Made by a program: the position numbers and the translations under genes. This document shows positions 28,209 through 37,535 of a stretch of DNA of 64,000 bases, in pieces. Within the stretch, counting starts at the first letter, position 1. Each line of letters begins with the position of its first letter. The notes below the pieces were generated by a model. That model saw only the letters and a list, made by a program, of their open reading frames with translations, was not told where the DNA came from and ran no database searches. Source of the stretch: a virus (lineage: Duplodnaviria; Caudoviricetes). The stretch lies in IMG/VR virus record IMGVR_UViG_3300042469_000068, positions 20,508 to 84,507 of that record; one strand, 5' to 3'.

Positions 28209-28291
28209 AACCGCTTTGTTGGAACAGACACTATGGCGCGGTTGTCTACCATAGTGTCTGCTATTATACATTAGGTAGAACCTAATGTCAA
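28209..28291 (-). promoter_or_regulatory. consensus sigma70 promoter with palindromic spacer and structured (pseudoknot-capable) 5' UTR
   Basis: TTGACA-N17-TATAAT; 9-bp inverted repeat ACATTAGGT/ACCTAATGT; 12-bp stem 28225-28260 whose loop AACCGC complements downstream GCGGUU. Confidence 0.7.
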
Positions 28292-28297
28292 CTCTTT

Positions 28298-29521
28298 TTA
28301 AGTGAAGACCACTTCGTCTTCATTCTTAGACTTATCTTCTTCCTTAGTTTCAGTCTTCGGAAGAACCTTTTCGTCCAGCTTGGCGTAGAGATCAAAGAAG
28401 CCAGTCTTGGTATCCACATCAAAGCGGTTGAGACAGAGCTTGATTGCCTTCTCACGATCCTGACCGAAGATGGCGTAGGCTTCACAGATATGAACCAGAC
28501 GGCGAGTGGAGATGATATCGGAGACCGCACCATCGTAGAACGCCTTACGGATCATGTCAGCCCAGTTGACCAGCTTGTCAGCAAAGTCCTTATCTTCAAT
28601 GCCAGAAGTCTTCAGGACATTGTTGAGGATCTTGGCCTCAGTCTTGGTCGAAGGATATTCCTGTTCGAACGTGATAGAGAAACGCTCAAGGAAAGCTTCG
28701 TTCATCACGTTGGTACCGATGAAGCGACCATCGTCTGAACCCTTACCCTTGGTGTTAGCAGTGGCAAGGATGTTGAAGCCCGGAGCCGGAGTGACCACAC
28801 GGTTGATCTTCTTGAGGTAAACGGGCTTACCCTCGAGGATCGGCTGGAGACACATAAGCTTGGCGTCACCAAGATCAACCTCGTCCAGAAGCAGGATGGC
28901 ACCACGTTCCATGGCCACGATAACCGGGCCGTTCTGCCAGACAGTCTTACCGTCCGAGAGACGGAAGCCACCGATGAGATCATCCTCATCAGTTTCCTTG
29001 GTGATGTTGGCGCGAACAAGCTCACGACCTTCCTGAGCGCAAATCTGCTCAATCATCATAGTCTTACCGTTACCAGACAGACCGGTGATGTAAGTCGGAT
29101 AAAACTTACGAGACTTGACAATCATCCGAACATCCGGGAAGTGACCGAAGGGAACATAACCAGAAGCCTTAGTCGGCACCAGATCAATACCACGGTTCTC
29201 TACCGCGTGAAGCGGAACAACCGCAGCGGCTGCCATCTGCATTTCGGAAGCGTTAGCAACCTCGTCCATCGCAACAACGGGAACGCTTGAAGCGATATCG
29301 GCCGTCTTGGAAGACTTTACAGCCGCAACAGGAACATCGGTAAGCGAATACATTCCACGACCGACGCGCACGGCGTCATTCTTGGTCAGCCAAAGCGGAT
29401 CCTTCAGCTTGTACTTCTTCATAATGTGGACAACTTCCGCGCGGGAAATCGTATTGACCTTACCAAATTCCTTAGCAACAGCGGCGAGGAACGGGGTCTT
29501 ATCAACAGGGCGCTTAGCCAT
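28298..29521 (-). CDS. cobS: CobS/MoxR-like AAA+ ATPase
   Basis: GLSGNGKT, LLLDEVD, ATANTKGKGSDDGRF, NEAFLERF, ISTRRLV. Confidence 0.88.
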   Translation of the reverse strand: MAKRPVDKTPFLAAVAKEFGKVNTISRAEVVHIMKKYKLKDPLWLTKNDAVRVGRGMYSLTDVPVAAVKSSKTADIASSVPVVAMDEVANASEMQMAAAAVVPLHAVENRGIDLVPTKASGYVPFGHFPDVRMIVKSRKFYPTYITGLSGNGKTMMIEQICAQEGRELVRANITKETDEDDLIGGFRLSDGKTVWQNGPVIVAMERGAILLLDEVDLGDAKLMCLQPILEGKPVYLKKINRVVTPAPGFNILATANTKGKGSDDGRFIGTNVMNEAFLERFSITFEQEYPSTKTEAKILNNVLKTSGIEDKDFADKLVNWADMIRKAFYDGAVSDIISTRRLVHICEAYAIFGQDREKAIKLCLNRFDVDTKTGFFDLYAKLDEKVLPKTETKEEDKSKNEDEVVFT

Positions 29522-29559
29522 TAGGTATTTTCCTTTGTGTGTGTTTCGATTATGTGTAT

Positions 29560-29588
29560 ATTATAGACTAGGAAGAGGTGATTGTCAA
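29560..29588 (-). promoter_or_regulatory. consensus sigma70 (early) promoter for the cobS-like gene
   Basis: TTGACA-N17-TATAAT. Confidence 0.8.
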
Positions 29589-31816
29589 GCGGCAATTCGC
29601 TTGACAACCTGAGTGAGTAGAACTCGGGAAATTGACTTCTTTTCCGAGAACTTAATGAACGCCGAGGCAAGACCACGGCGAGTGGCATCCTTAGCAACCA
29701 CAAGATTTCCACTGGAAACGTTGAAGGTCAAGGCGTTAATGATATAGTATTCATCATAACCAGCGGAAGTCACACCGAAGAAGCCGTTGTCTTTCCAGCA
29801 AGTGGCAGCCTTACCACGGTGAGCAGCGTTTCCATAACCATGGTAGCGGTCATAAACACGCTTGAAGCCGTTGGAGTTAATGAAGAAGCCGATCAGATTA
29901 CAGTCAGTCCGATCCTTCAGGATCTTAAGAAGGACAGGAGTGATGTTATCATTCCGAAACGCATGACTAGAATACTTCACAGTCGGAAGGTCATAAGTCT
30001 TCTTGGTGATATCGTCCTGAATGATAATCTTACGCGGCTTCCAGCCGATGTTCACACCGTTGATTGAACCAGACATAGGATCGGAATCACCATCAGTAAT
30101 GAATACCGTATTGACAATCTGTACCTTGGACTTGGCCTTGAAACGATTGACAATTTCCGAAGCAGCCACAATACAAGGATTGAGCGGCGTGGAAGTCAAG
30201 TCATCACAAGCCAGACCACCATGTCGGGAAGACATAATAAACAGATGGTACATTGCGTCATTCAACTCCTGAATTTTCATTCGGGACGAAAGCAAGTTTC
30301 GGGCAACAAAACTATCAACACAAATTTCGTTGGTGTTTTTAGTGAAGCCAGCCGACAACCGAGTCCGATCATTGTCGCTATAAGAGACACAACGGAAAGC
30401 GTAGACCTCGAACGGGATCTGGACTCGCTTACAGAACATTACCAGTGAAAGCAACTGTCGGACAGTCTTCCGCAGATTTGTATCCATGGAGCTTGACCAG
30501 TCAACAAACATGACAAAGCCATGGTTCTTGCCGCTGGCTACCGTAGTGATACGACGGAACAGATCATCATTATACCGATAAGAATGAAGCTTGTTAGTGT
30601 CAAGCATACCAGTCTTGGCGGTGCTGGTGCGAGAATATTCGTCTGCGGACTTACGCATTTCGAATTCCTTGACCATGAATGAAATGGCCGAGTTTTCACT
30701 GGACTTGAACTGATTGAGTTCCTTGCGAACGGCAAGAAGCCAATCTGGATCAAACCTACGGCGAGCCAATTCGCGCCGCTGATCATCAAGCACGACCTTG
30801 AAGTCATGAACCGTACGGTCATAGTCGGCAATCTTCGGTAGCTTGGCATAGACATAATCATATTCGGAATCGATGATTAGGTCATTCTGCTTTTCCTGCC
30901 AAGCCTTTTCAGTCTCGGACTCGGGAACATCATCATTACCGTTAGAGGCAGTACCGACGTTGGACTCGGCGTCTTCCTTCTCACCGTCTTCGGTAGAGGC
31001 CGAGCCATTACGCTCATCCTCGTCCTCGTCCTCATCGCCGTCTCCATCATCATCCTGATCCATAGACTGGCTGGACTGCGAAGGATCGGACTCGGCGTCT
31101 TCATCATCGCCAAAGTCCATTTCATCGCCATCTTCACCGTCTTCGGTATCATCACCGAAGCCAGACTTGGCTTTCATCATGTCCGGGCCGGCTTCTTCTT
31201 CCTGCTGATTTTCCATCTGCTGCTTAGACCAGCGATAGATTTCCTCAGTAAGAGCCAGAACCTCTTCAAAGGTCTCGGCCGCTTCAACCTTGCGGAGCAT
31301 TACCTTCTCTTCAGGAGAAAAGTTAATGCCGAGCATAACGCCACCCTTACAGTAAATGTTAAGGCGGTCGATAAAGGACATAGAGTTAACGTCCTTAGTT
31401 GCGGTACCGAAAAAGTCCTTTTCGATTAGTTCGGCATAGCCCTTGATGTAGTTCCGACGGGCACCAGGGAAGCGGCGCTTCTGGCGCTTGTCAATGCGGG
31501 CGTCTTCAATGACATTAACAAAGCCCTTGATAGCACCCAGAGCACGGTTGGAAGTCTCTCCAAGACGGGCTGCGATAGCCTTGAGGTTCTCTACAAAGTC
31601 TTCACCAGGAGTGTCCAGAGCATGGCCAACCTCATGGACGACCAGCATATCGTAAAGATCATCCGACATTTCACGCCAGACAGGCAGCATCAGGACGCGG
31701 TTCTTAACATCGAACCAAGCGGTCTTAGCCGATGCGGAATGTTGAACCGTAATGTTTTCCGTAGCCAGCAACTTGGCCAGCTGGGACTTTGCGTTATGAT
31801 TATGTGAAACTTCCAT
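29585..31816 (-). CDS. CobT-like protein: HExxH metallopeptidase-like domain + acidic linker + VWA domain
   Basis: LAKLLATENI, HEVGHAL, NVIEDARI, D/E-rich linker, VDWSSSM (MIDAS), STPL, ITDGD. Confidence 0.85.
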   Translation of the reverse strand: MEVSHNHNAKSQLAKLLATENITVQHSASAKTAWFDVKNRVLMLPVWREMSDDLYDMLVVHEVGHALDTPGEDFVENLKAIAARLGETSNRALGAIKGFVNVIEDARIDKRQKRRFPGARRNYIKGYAELIEKDFFGTATKDVNSMSFIDRLNIYCKGGVMLGINFSPEEKVMLRKVEAAETFEEVLALTEEIYRWSKQQMENQQEEEAGPDMMKAKSGFGDDTEDGEDGDEMDFGDDEDAESDPSQSSQSMDQDDDGDGDEDEDEDERNGSASTEDGEKEDAESNVGTASNGNDDVPESETEKAWQEKQNDLIIDSEYDYVYAKLPKIADYDRTVHDFKVVLDDQRRELARRRFDPDWLLAVRKELNQFKSSENSAISFMVKEFEMRKSADEYSRTSTAKTGMLDTNKLHSYRYNDDLFRRITTVASGKNHGFVMFVDWSSSMDTNLRKTVRQLLSLVMFCKRVQIPFEVYAFRCVSYSDNDRTRLSAGFTKNTNEICVDSFVARNLLSSRMKIQELNDAMYHLFIMSSRHGGLACDDLTSTPLNPCIVAASEIVNRFKAKSKVQIVNTVFITDGDSDPMSGSINGVNIGWKPRKIIIQDDITKKTYDLPTVKYSSHAFRNDNITPVLLKILKDRTDCNLIGFFINSNGFKRVYDRYHGYGNAAHRGKAATCWKDNGFFGVTSAGYDEYYIINALTFNVSSGNLVVAKDATRRGLASAFIKFSEKKSISRVLLTQVVKRIAA

Positions 31817-31839
31817 TGTGTCCTCTTGATTATGGACTT

Positions 31840-31868
31840 ATCTTATACGAATATGGGTCGATTGTCAA
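31840..31868 (-). promoter_or_regulatory. sigma70 (early) promoter for the VWA gene
   Basis: TTGACA-N17-TAAGAT. Confidence 0.7.
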
Positions 31869-32023
31869 TCATAAGATTGATTAGACGGGCGATCAGAGAA
31901 AAGACGCGGAAACATCTTATGAAGACGAATTTGCAACTTAAGCGCAAGTATCGGCGGAATAAAAGTCACATACATGGTGCTATAAGCAAGGTAGTCTTCA
32001 AGCTTAAGAATGATCTTGGTCAT
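31865..32023 (-). CDS. 52-aa hypothetical early protein
   Basis: Manual translation MTKIILKLEDYLAYSTMYVTFIPPILALKLQIRLHKMFPRLFSDRPSNQSYD; SD GGAGA. Confidence 0.5.
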   Translation of the reverse strand: MTKIILKLEDYLAYSTMYVTFIPPILALKLQIRLHKMFPRLFSDRPSNQSYD

Positions 32024-32149
32024 AGTGTTCTCCATTGTCATACACTATATATGGGGATGACAAGTCGGTTTTACAAGTGGTCAAAAAGCATACCAGCCAT
32101 GCGGTGGACACATGGCTGGTGGCTAAGTCATTGATTTTATTGGGTTCGG

Positions 32150-33124
32150 CTAAGTCTTTGATATCTTTTTTAGAACCATACCGTAGTTATTGACCTTAGG
32201 TAAAGATGAAAGATCAACGCCAGGTTTTAATCTCAACCGATTATCTTCTGGACCCAAACCGAGATTCCGACGGATCTGTAACTGTTCTGGATTCAATTCC
32301 CGCTCTGGCTTTTGGAACGGAAGATAATCAACATGGTGATGCCAGCGTCCATATTTCCAAACAAGTTTAGCAACATCGGGATGCATATCGACCAGCATCT
32401 GCGATTTGTTCACAGTACCAGTTGCGTTCATTTGGCCTTCACGCCACTTGCTTCTGTCTAGTTCACCTTCCGCGTGATAGAACTCAGCAGTGTTACCACC
32501 CTTGACAGTTTGAGTGGCAGACTTGCCTTGTAAAAAGGCATTAAACTGAATAGTACAGTCACCATCTTTTAGAACTCTTAGACAAATATCAGTGTCTTCA
32601 TTATACCTACCACGCCAACGATGCTTACAATCGTTAGAGATGAGCAGAGTGGAATAGATACGAGTGTTTGGCGTGAATGGATAGTATGCTTGGTTAGGTG
32701 CAATGAAGAACCGATATTGAAAGCCTGAGATAGGAACATTCTCGAAGCGATCAACAAAGTCTTCTGCGGCCTTAAAGATTACACCAGATTCCACACGAAT
32801 GCGTTGGTTCTTATGTAGACGGTAGAAATCTGAAATGTTATCATCGCATACCCAATGCTTCTCAGCGCCTATTGAAATAGCATGATCCCAACACCAATTA
32901 CGAGCCCGACCAGGGCCATCGCCGTGGTTGCTGAAAGGGGCAACAAGCAGAGTAACATAATCCCTAATATTGAAATTATCAAGGGCAGCTTCATAAGAAC
33001 TTTCATCTTGTGGTTCAATCGCAATATAATGTGGAATCTTCATACGCGCGAGTGAGCGCGAGGTATACATTGTATCATGCCTACCTTTAGAAATAATATA
33101 AACTGGATGAGTCGGATTCGTCAT
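32150..33124 (-). CDS. TET-associated/GREB1-like glycosyltransferase (putative DNA base hypermodification)
   Basis: PVYIISKGR, GPGRARN, HWVCDDNI, WRGRYNEDTD, KGGNT. Confidence 0.65.
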   Translation of the reverse strand: MTNPTHPVYIISKGRHDTMYTSRSLARMKIPHYIAIEPQDESSYEAALDNFNIRDYVTLLVAPFSNHGDGPGRARNWCWDHAISIGAEKHWVCDDNISDFYRLHKNQRIRVESGVIFKAAEDFVDRFENVPISGFQYRFFIAPNQAYYPFTPNTRIYSTLLISNDCKHRWRGRYNEDTDICLRVLKDGDCTIQFNAFLQGKSATQTVKGGNTAEFYHAEGELDRSKWREGQMNATGTVNKSQMLVDMHPDVAKLVWKYGRWHHHVDYLPFQKPERELNPEQLQIRRNLGLGPEDNRLRLKPGVDLSSLPKVNNYGMVLKKISKT

Positions 33125-33450
33125 TCTTCAAACCAACGCTTGAGTGAGTTTTCGTCCTTATCAAGATGTGGATACCACATGCTCTTAGTCTTAGGCGTGA
33201 TATTCTGTTCCTCATCCAGGTTCTTATACTTTGAAACGAATGTATCAAAGTCTTCCTTGTTACGGAAGTGAACATAGATTGTCTTGAACGGAGGATTATC
33301 CTTCTGTTCAAACTCAGGCATTCCTACCCAAAGCTTTTCACGTTCGCTTCCATCATCCTCTTCAATCTCAAAGAGTGCTGCTGGCTTTAATACTTCTTCC
33401 TTCTTGCCAAGGAAGTTATCGTATTCTGCGGATTCAATAACTTTAGTCAT
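33121..33450 (-). CDS. small partner protein of the TAGT-like glycosyltransferase
   Basis: W.GMPEF.Q.D, VHFRN.ED...F, IT.KTKSMWYP; overlaps the GT start. Confidence 0.55.
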   Translation of the reverse strand: MTKVIESAEYDNFLGKKEEVLKPAALFEIEEDDGSEREKLWVGMPEFEQKDNPPFKTIYVHFRNKEDFDTFVSKYKNLDEEQNITPKTKSMWYPHLDKDENSLKRWFEE

Positions 33451-33613
33451 TCCAATCTCTCTCTATTCTTTTACCTGTTCTTTTTTCACGACTCTTTAAA
33501 AACTTTTCAACTTCTCTATTATGACGCTCATCTTTTTTTTCTAGATAATATTGATCTTTTTCACGACGGACTCTTGTCCAATCTCTATGTTTCGAACTTG
33601 TTCCGCGCGTCAT
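33443..33613 (-). CDS. 56-aa basic hypothetical protein
   Basis: Manual translation MTRGTSSKHRDWTRVRREKDQYYLEKKDERHNREVEKFLKSREKRTGKRIERDWND; overlaps the gp46 stop and the next start. Confidence 0.5.
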   Translation of the reverse strand: MTRGTSSKHRDWTRVRREKDQYYLEKKDERHNREVEKFLKSREKRTGKRIERDWND

Positions 33614-35322
33614 ACTAACCTGCTAAAGTTTTTGATTTTCTCGAATCGGTAAGTCTTATCGAACTTATCGGCAATCGCGTCAGTCTTGTGCGATATTATA
33701 AATGTATTTGTATCATCTGTCAAGGTCTGAATGATCTTTAGGAACTCGTCAGTACCATTAGCATCTAAACTTCCATCTAAGATTTCATCCAGTATCAACA
33801 GATTCGTATTGACGGAATTTTTCATCTTAGCAATTGTACGCCAGGTAAACATCAAGGCCAAATCAATACGTGTCTTCTCACCTTCGGAGAAGTTCGCATA
33901 GGAAAACTCATCACGATACCTAGACTTGATTACCTCATTGAAGTTTTCGTCAATGTTAAAGTTTACAAAGAATCCCATCTGAGCGAGGTATTTATTAACG
34001 AGCTTATTGATGATTGGAATGTATTGCTTGATAATCTTGGTCTTGATACCACCATCTTTCAATAGGGCTAGTGCAGTCTCAATATACTTGCGATCTTCCA
34101 ACCAATCGGACTGGATACAGTGTAGGATATGTATTTCCGAGTCTACAGCATCCAAGTCCTGTTCCGCATCCTGTACAAGTTTGTCGGCCGTATTGATTTT
34201 TTCAATAGCGTCATCGGTATCATTAATGATTGATACCAAATGCATCATCGTCTGCTTCTTCGCAGAGATATCAGCCGTAATACCTTGAATGCGTTTTACC
34301 TTCTTTTCTTTTTCATTGATAGATTCCAGCAGTCTATTCGAACTACCTTCTAATGTAGTTGCGTGAATACAAAGTTTACCAATCTCATTAGCAAGGTGTA
34401 ATACACGCCTTGATTTAAAACTTTCTTCAATGTGCTGCTTACAAGTTGGACACTCGTCAGTTGCCTTTAGCATATCCTTTTCAGTATCAAGTCTCTTGGC
34501 TTCGGTATCAGCCTGAGTATAAAGTTTGATGGCATCATGAAACTGTTTCTTGATATTGTCCAGATCATTCACATCGGCCTGTAAAGTCTTGCGCTCTTCT
34601 ACAAGTTTTTCCACTTCCAAAAGCAGATTGCGCTTCTGAGTGTTATAATCCTTCAGTTGTTCCTCAAGTTCGTCCAATCTGTCTTTGCTATTTTTCTTGA
34701 GTCCAGAAAGTGTCTTTTCGATGAAAGACTTGCGATCCTTCTTGGAAGAAAGTTCGATACGGTTCTTCTCAAGACCCTGCTTGTTTTCCAAAGCTCGTTG
34801 CTTCATCAGTACATTCATTACCGAGAAGATTTGAATGTCTAACAGACCTTCGATGATAGCACGACGATCAGCAGGAGATAACTGCATGAAAGGAACAAAC
34901 GAAGCAGAACCAAGAATGACAATCTGCGTGAATGCTTTGTAGTTCATTTTGAGGATGAACTTCTCAAGGTACTCTTGATAGTCGCGCGAGGCCGAGTCCT
35001 GATTGATCATCGTACCATCTACCCAAATCTCAAAGACATTGGGCTTGATACCACGAATGATTCGATACTCTTTACCGTTTGTATTGAAATCAATCTCTAC
35101 AACGCAATCTTTACCGTTCACTGAATTGACCAGTGTCGGCTTATTGATGTTGCGGAATGCTTTACCAAAAAGCACAAACGTCATGGCATCCAGAATAGTG
35201 GATTTGCCATGACCATTTGCGCCAATGATTAGATTTGTCTTGGAAGAATTTAGTTCAATCTCAGTAAATTGATTGCCTGTAGATAATAGGTTCTTCCACT
35301 TAACTTTCTTGAATGTTATCAT
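33610..35322 (-). CDS. gp46: recombination endonuclease ATPase subunit gp46 (Rad50/SbcC-like)
   Basis: GANGHGKST, CPTCKQ zinc hook, FSEGEK, LILDE. Confidence 0.95.
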   Translation of the reverse strand: MITFKKVKWKNLLSTGNQFTEIELNSSKTNLIIGANGHGKSTILDAMTFVLFGKAFRNINKPTLVNSVNGKDCVVEIDFNTNGKEYRIIRGIKPNVFEIWVDGTMINQDSASRDYQEYLEKFILKMNYKAFTQIVILGSASFVPFMQLSPADRRAIIEGLLDIQIFSVMNVLMKQRALENKQGLEKNRIELSSKKDRKSFIEKTLSGLKKNSKDRLDELEEQLKDYNTQKRNLLLEVEKLVEERKTLQADVNDLDNIKKQFHDAIKLYTQADTEAKRLDTEKDMLKATDECPTCKQHIEESFKSRRVLHLANEIGKLCIHATTLEGSSNRLLESINEKEKKVKRIQGITADISAKKQTMMHLVSIINDTDDAIEKINTADKLVQDAEQDLDAVDSEIHILHCIQSDWLEDRKYIETALALLKDGGIKTKIIKQYIPIINKLVNKYLAQMGFFVNFNIDENFNEVIKSRYRDEFSYANFSEGEKTRIDLALMFTWRTIAKMKNSVNTNLLILDEILDGSLDANGTDEFLKIIQTLTDDTNTFIISHKTDAIADKFDKTYRFEKIKNFSRLV

Positions 35323-35527
35323 TCTTTTGGATTTCTTTCACTCTCTCATCAAGGATTTCTCTAAGAGTATTCCTTGTGATAATACCATCGTATTCAAGTC
35401 TTGCTAATGCGCCTGCTGCTGTAGGATCACAAAACTCATTTAGTGTTAGACCTAACTTCGTTGCTCTTGGCATAACTTCATTAGTCAGGATAGCGTAACA
35501 CTTTTCCGATATCTCTGCTTCACTCAT
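35300..35527 (-). CDS. hypothetical protein
   Basis: ORF coupled between gp47 and gp46. Confidence 0.5.
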   Translation of the reverse strand: MSEAEISEKCYAILTNEVMPRATKLGLTLNEFCDPTAAGALARLEYDGIITRNTLREILDERVKEIQKNDNIQES

Positions 35528-35715
35528 GGAATGCCCATGAGTTGCTTGTATTCGTTGAGACGGTATTCAACATCACCAATCTCAAGAATAATATTCTCAC
35601 GATTCCTATCACTCATACCGAAACGCTTGACCTTACAAAGTTCTTTTGTTAGTTCGGCCATCTCTTCTATAAGTTTATCATCGGCGGCACCGATGTGTGC
35701 GTAATCAGGGTTCAT
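35524..35715 (-). CDS. MazG-like nucleotide pyrophosphohydrolase domain protein
   Basis: EEMAEL...EIGDV acidic helix pattern. Confidence 0.5.
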   Translation of the reverse strand: MNPDYAHIGAADDKLIEEMAELTKELCKVKRFGMSDRNRENIILEIGDVEYRLNEYKQLMGIP

Positions 35716-36794
35716 TCCACGTTCTCCAATGAGATAGCTTCCACATATACTTCACGCATATAAGTTTTCATCTTATCATTATCTACGGGCAAAGTCAAGT
35801 TAGAAATGTAACTGTCGAGTATGGTAGGAGTGTCTTGTGCTTGATCCACAAGCTCATCTGGATTGGTATCGGTAAACAGATTGATATCTTCAACAATTGA
35901 AATATCTGCTGGAGATTCCTGATGTAACTTTTCCAGAAGCATATCAAACGCAAATGGATTAGACTTGTTCACGCATACAATCTTAACATATGTGTCCTTA
36001 TACTTGCTGTAATCTGTTGCCTGAATTTTCTCAATGATATCAGGATGCTTTACATCATCATAAGATAGCATATGAAAAATACTAAAAGGATTACGATGGA
36101 AAGTAACTTCCAGTGTTTCTGTATCAAGTATTGAGAAACCTCGAGGATCGTTATAATCACTCCAAATGTGCTCAGAAAAAGCACCCAGATAGTGAATATT
36201 GTTGCGGCTGCTGCGGTGATGATAATGCCCACTGTAAACACTAACAAAGCGGCTAAAAATGCTAGAACTTTGTCCATGGTCTGATACTTGTCCTTTATAA
36301 AACTCAAAACCTTCCAGTTCTAAGTGACCCATTAGAATGGGTGCTTTGCTATTGTTGATTGCGTCAAATGCTTGTTGCTCGTTATCCTTAGTAATCCAAG
36401 GCATAAGCAAAATATCACACGCACTAATATTGAGAGTGTAAGGAGTAGAATGTGTGGTGATGTATTCATATCTATCACCAACTAACTCTTCAAGAGCATT
36501 GATCTTGTATGTGTCCTTATAATACTCATCATGATTGCCAGCAATGATATGCATCGGAATACCAGCATCTTCAATCTTCTCAAGAAAATCTGTGCGAAGA
36601 CGATATGCGGTATTGATGTTCACATACTTGCGTCTATCTACCAGATCACCGAGATGAATGATATCGGTAACATAGTTGGCTTTGATTGTGGGTAGGAAAA
36701 ACTCATCTACACACTTCTTGAAATAGTCCAAGAAGATTGGGGAATCATTCCTGACTCCCCAATGAGTATCGGTAATCAATGCTATTTTGGCCAT
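35712..36794 (-). CDS. gp47: recombination endonuclease nuclease subunit gp47 (Mre11/SbcD-like)
   Basis: DTHWG, LGDLVD, GNHD, GHLE, SGHYH. Confidence 0.95.
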   Translation of the reverse strand: MAKIALITDTHWGVRNDSPIFLDYFKKCVDEFFLPTIKANYVTDIIHLGDLVDRRKYVNINTAYRLRTDFLEKIEDAGIPMHIIAGNHDEYYKDTYKINALEELVGDRYEYITTHSTPYTLNISACDILLMPWITKDNEQQAFDAINNSKAPILMGHLELEGFEFYKGQVSDHGQSSSIFSRFVSVYSGHYHHRSSRNNIHYLGAFSEHIWSDYNDPRGFSILDTETLEVTFHRNPFSIFHMLSYDDVKHPDIIEKIQATDYSKYKDTYVKIVCVNKSNPFAFDMLLEKLHQESPADISIVEDINLFTDTNPDELVDQAQDTPTILDSYISNLTLPVDNDKMKTYMREVYVEAISLENVE

Positions 36795-36982
36795 TATGCC
36801 TTTTTCTTTCCTTGAGTGTTAGCTATATAGAGTTCATTATCGTACTTTTTTACAGCTTTGTCAAGTGCTTCCTGTATGCTTACCAATCTTTGTCTATAGT
36901 TTTGTCTCAAGTGAACACTTTCCTTCTTATTCAGTAGGCTATTGATCAGGTGTTCAATCTGAAACGGCACTTCGTTGCTCAT
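36794..36982 (-). CDS. hypothetical protein
   Basis: Small ORF between gp55 and gp47 (start MSNEVP). Confidence 0.55.
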   Translation of the reverse strand: MSNEVPFQIEHLINSLLNKKESVHLRQNYRQRLVSIQEALDKAVKKYDNELYIANTQGKKKA

Positions 36983-37535
36983 CTTTTTCTTCCTCATAAA
37001 ATTTCTGTAAGCCTTCTTTTGTTTGCTTACGCTTTACTTTCTTTTCGTGTTCTCTCTTTTCGAACTTTGCCATGAAGTCGTTGATGTTATCATACATCTG
37101 AGTTGGCATCAAGTGATTATCATCATTATCTACAAGGTATCCAGAGTTACCTGAGTTGACGATACTTTCCTGATAATTCTTATATATGATATATCTGTTC
37201 TTCTCTTCTTTTCCTATTCTTCTAAGGAAAGCATAATATATGATTTGTGTAAAGTACGCAAATGGATTCTGTCCGATCTCTGGATTGTAATCTTTGAAAT
37301 ACATTATACAGTTTTCAATTCCATCGGATATCATTTCGTCACGATAAGAGTAGTTTATAAATCTTGGCATAGTGGAAAGCTTCTTTGCAATCTTGTAAAT
37401 ACACTCACCAATGTATTCTGGTAAACGAGGTTCTTGTTTACCTTCTGATCTTGCTTTCTGTAAGCTCTCTCTGTATTTTAGGATTTCTTCGTAGAACTTC
37501 TTATTGTCTACATAGTGTACGGTAACTTTTTTCAT
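36954..37535 (-). CDS. gp55: late transcription sigma factor gp55
   Basis: HYVDNKKF, YIGECI, F.NYSYRDEMISDGIENC, NPFAYFTQIIYYAFLRRI.KE. Confidence 0.95.
   Translation of the reverse strand: MKKVTVHYVDNKKFYEEILKYRESLQKARSEGKQEPRLPEYIGECIYKIAKKLSTMPRFINYSYRDEMISDGIENCIMYFKDYNPEIGQNPFAYFTQIIYYAFLRRIGKEEKNRYIIYKNYQESIVNSGNSGYLVDNDDNHLMPTQMYDNINDFMAKFEKREHEKKVKRKQTKEGLQKFYEEEKDEQRSAVSD

Noticed and set aside
31826-32134. 102-aa plus-strand ORF
   Set aside because: It overlaps a minus-strand promoter and a better-supported 52-aa minus-strand ORF with an SD, and is opposite to the uniform gene orientation.
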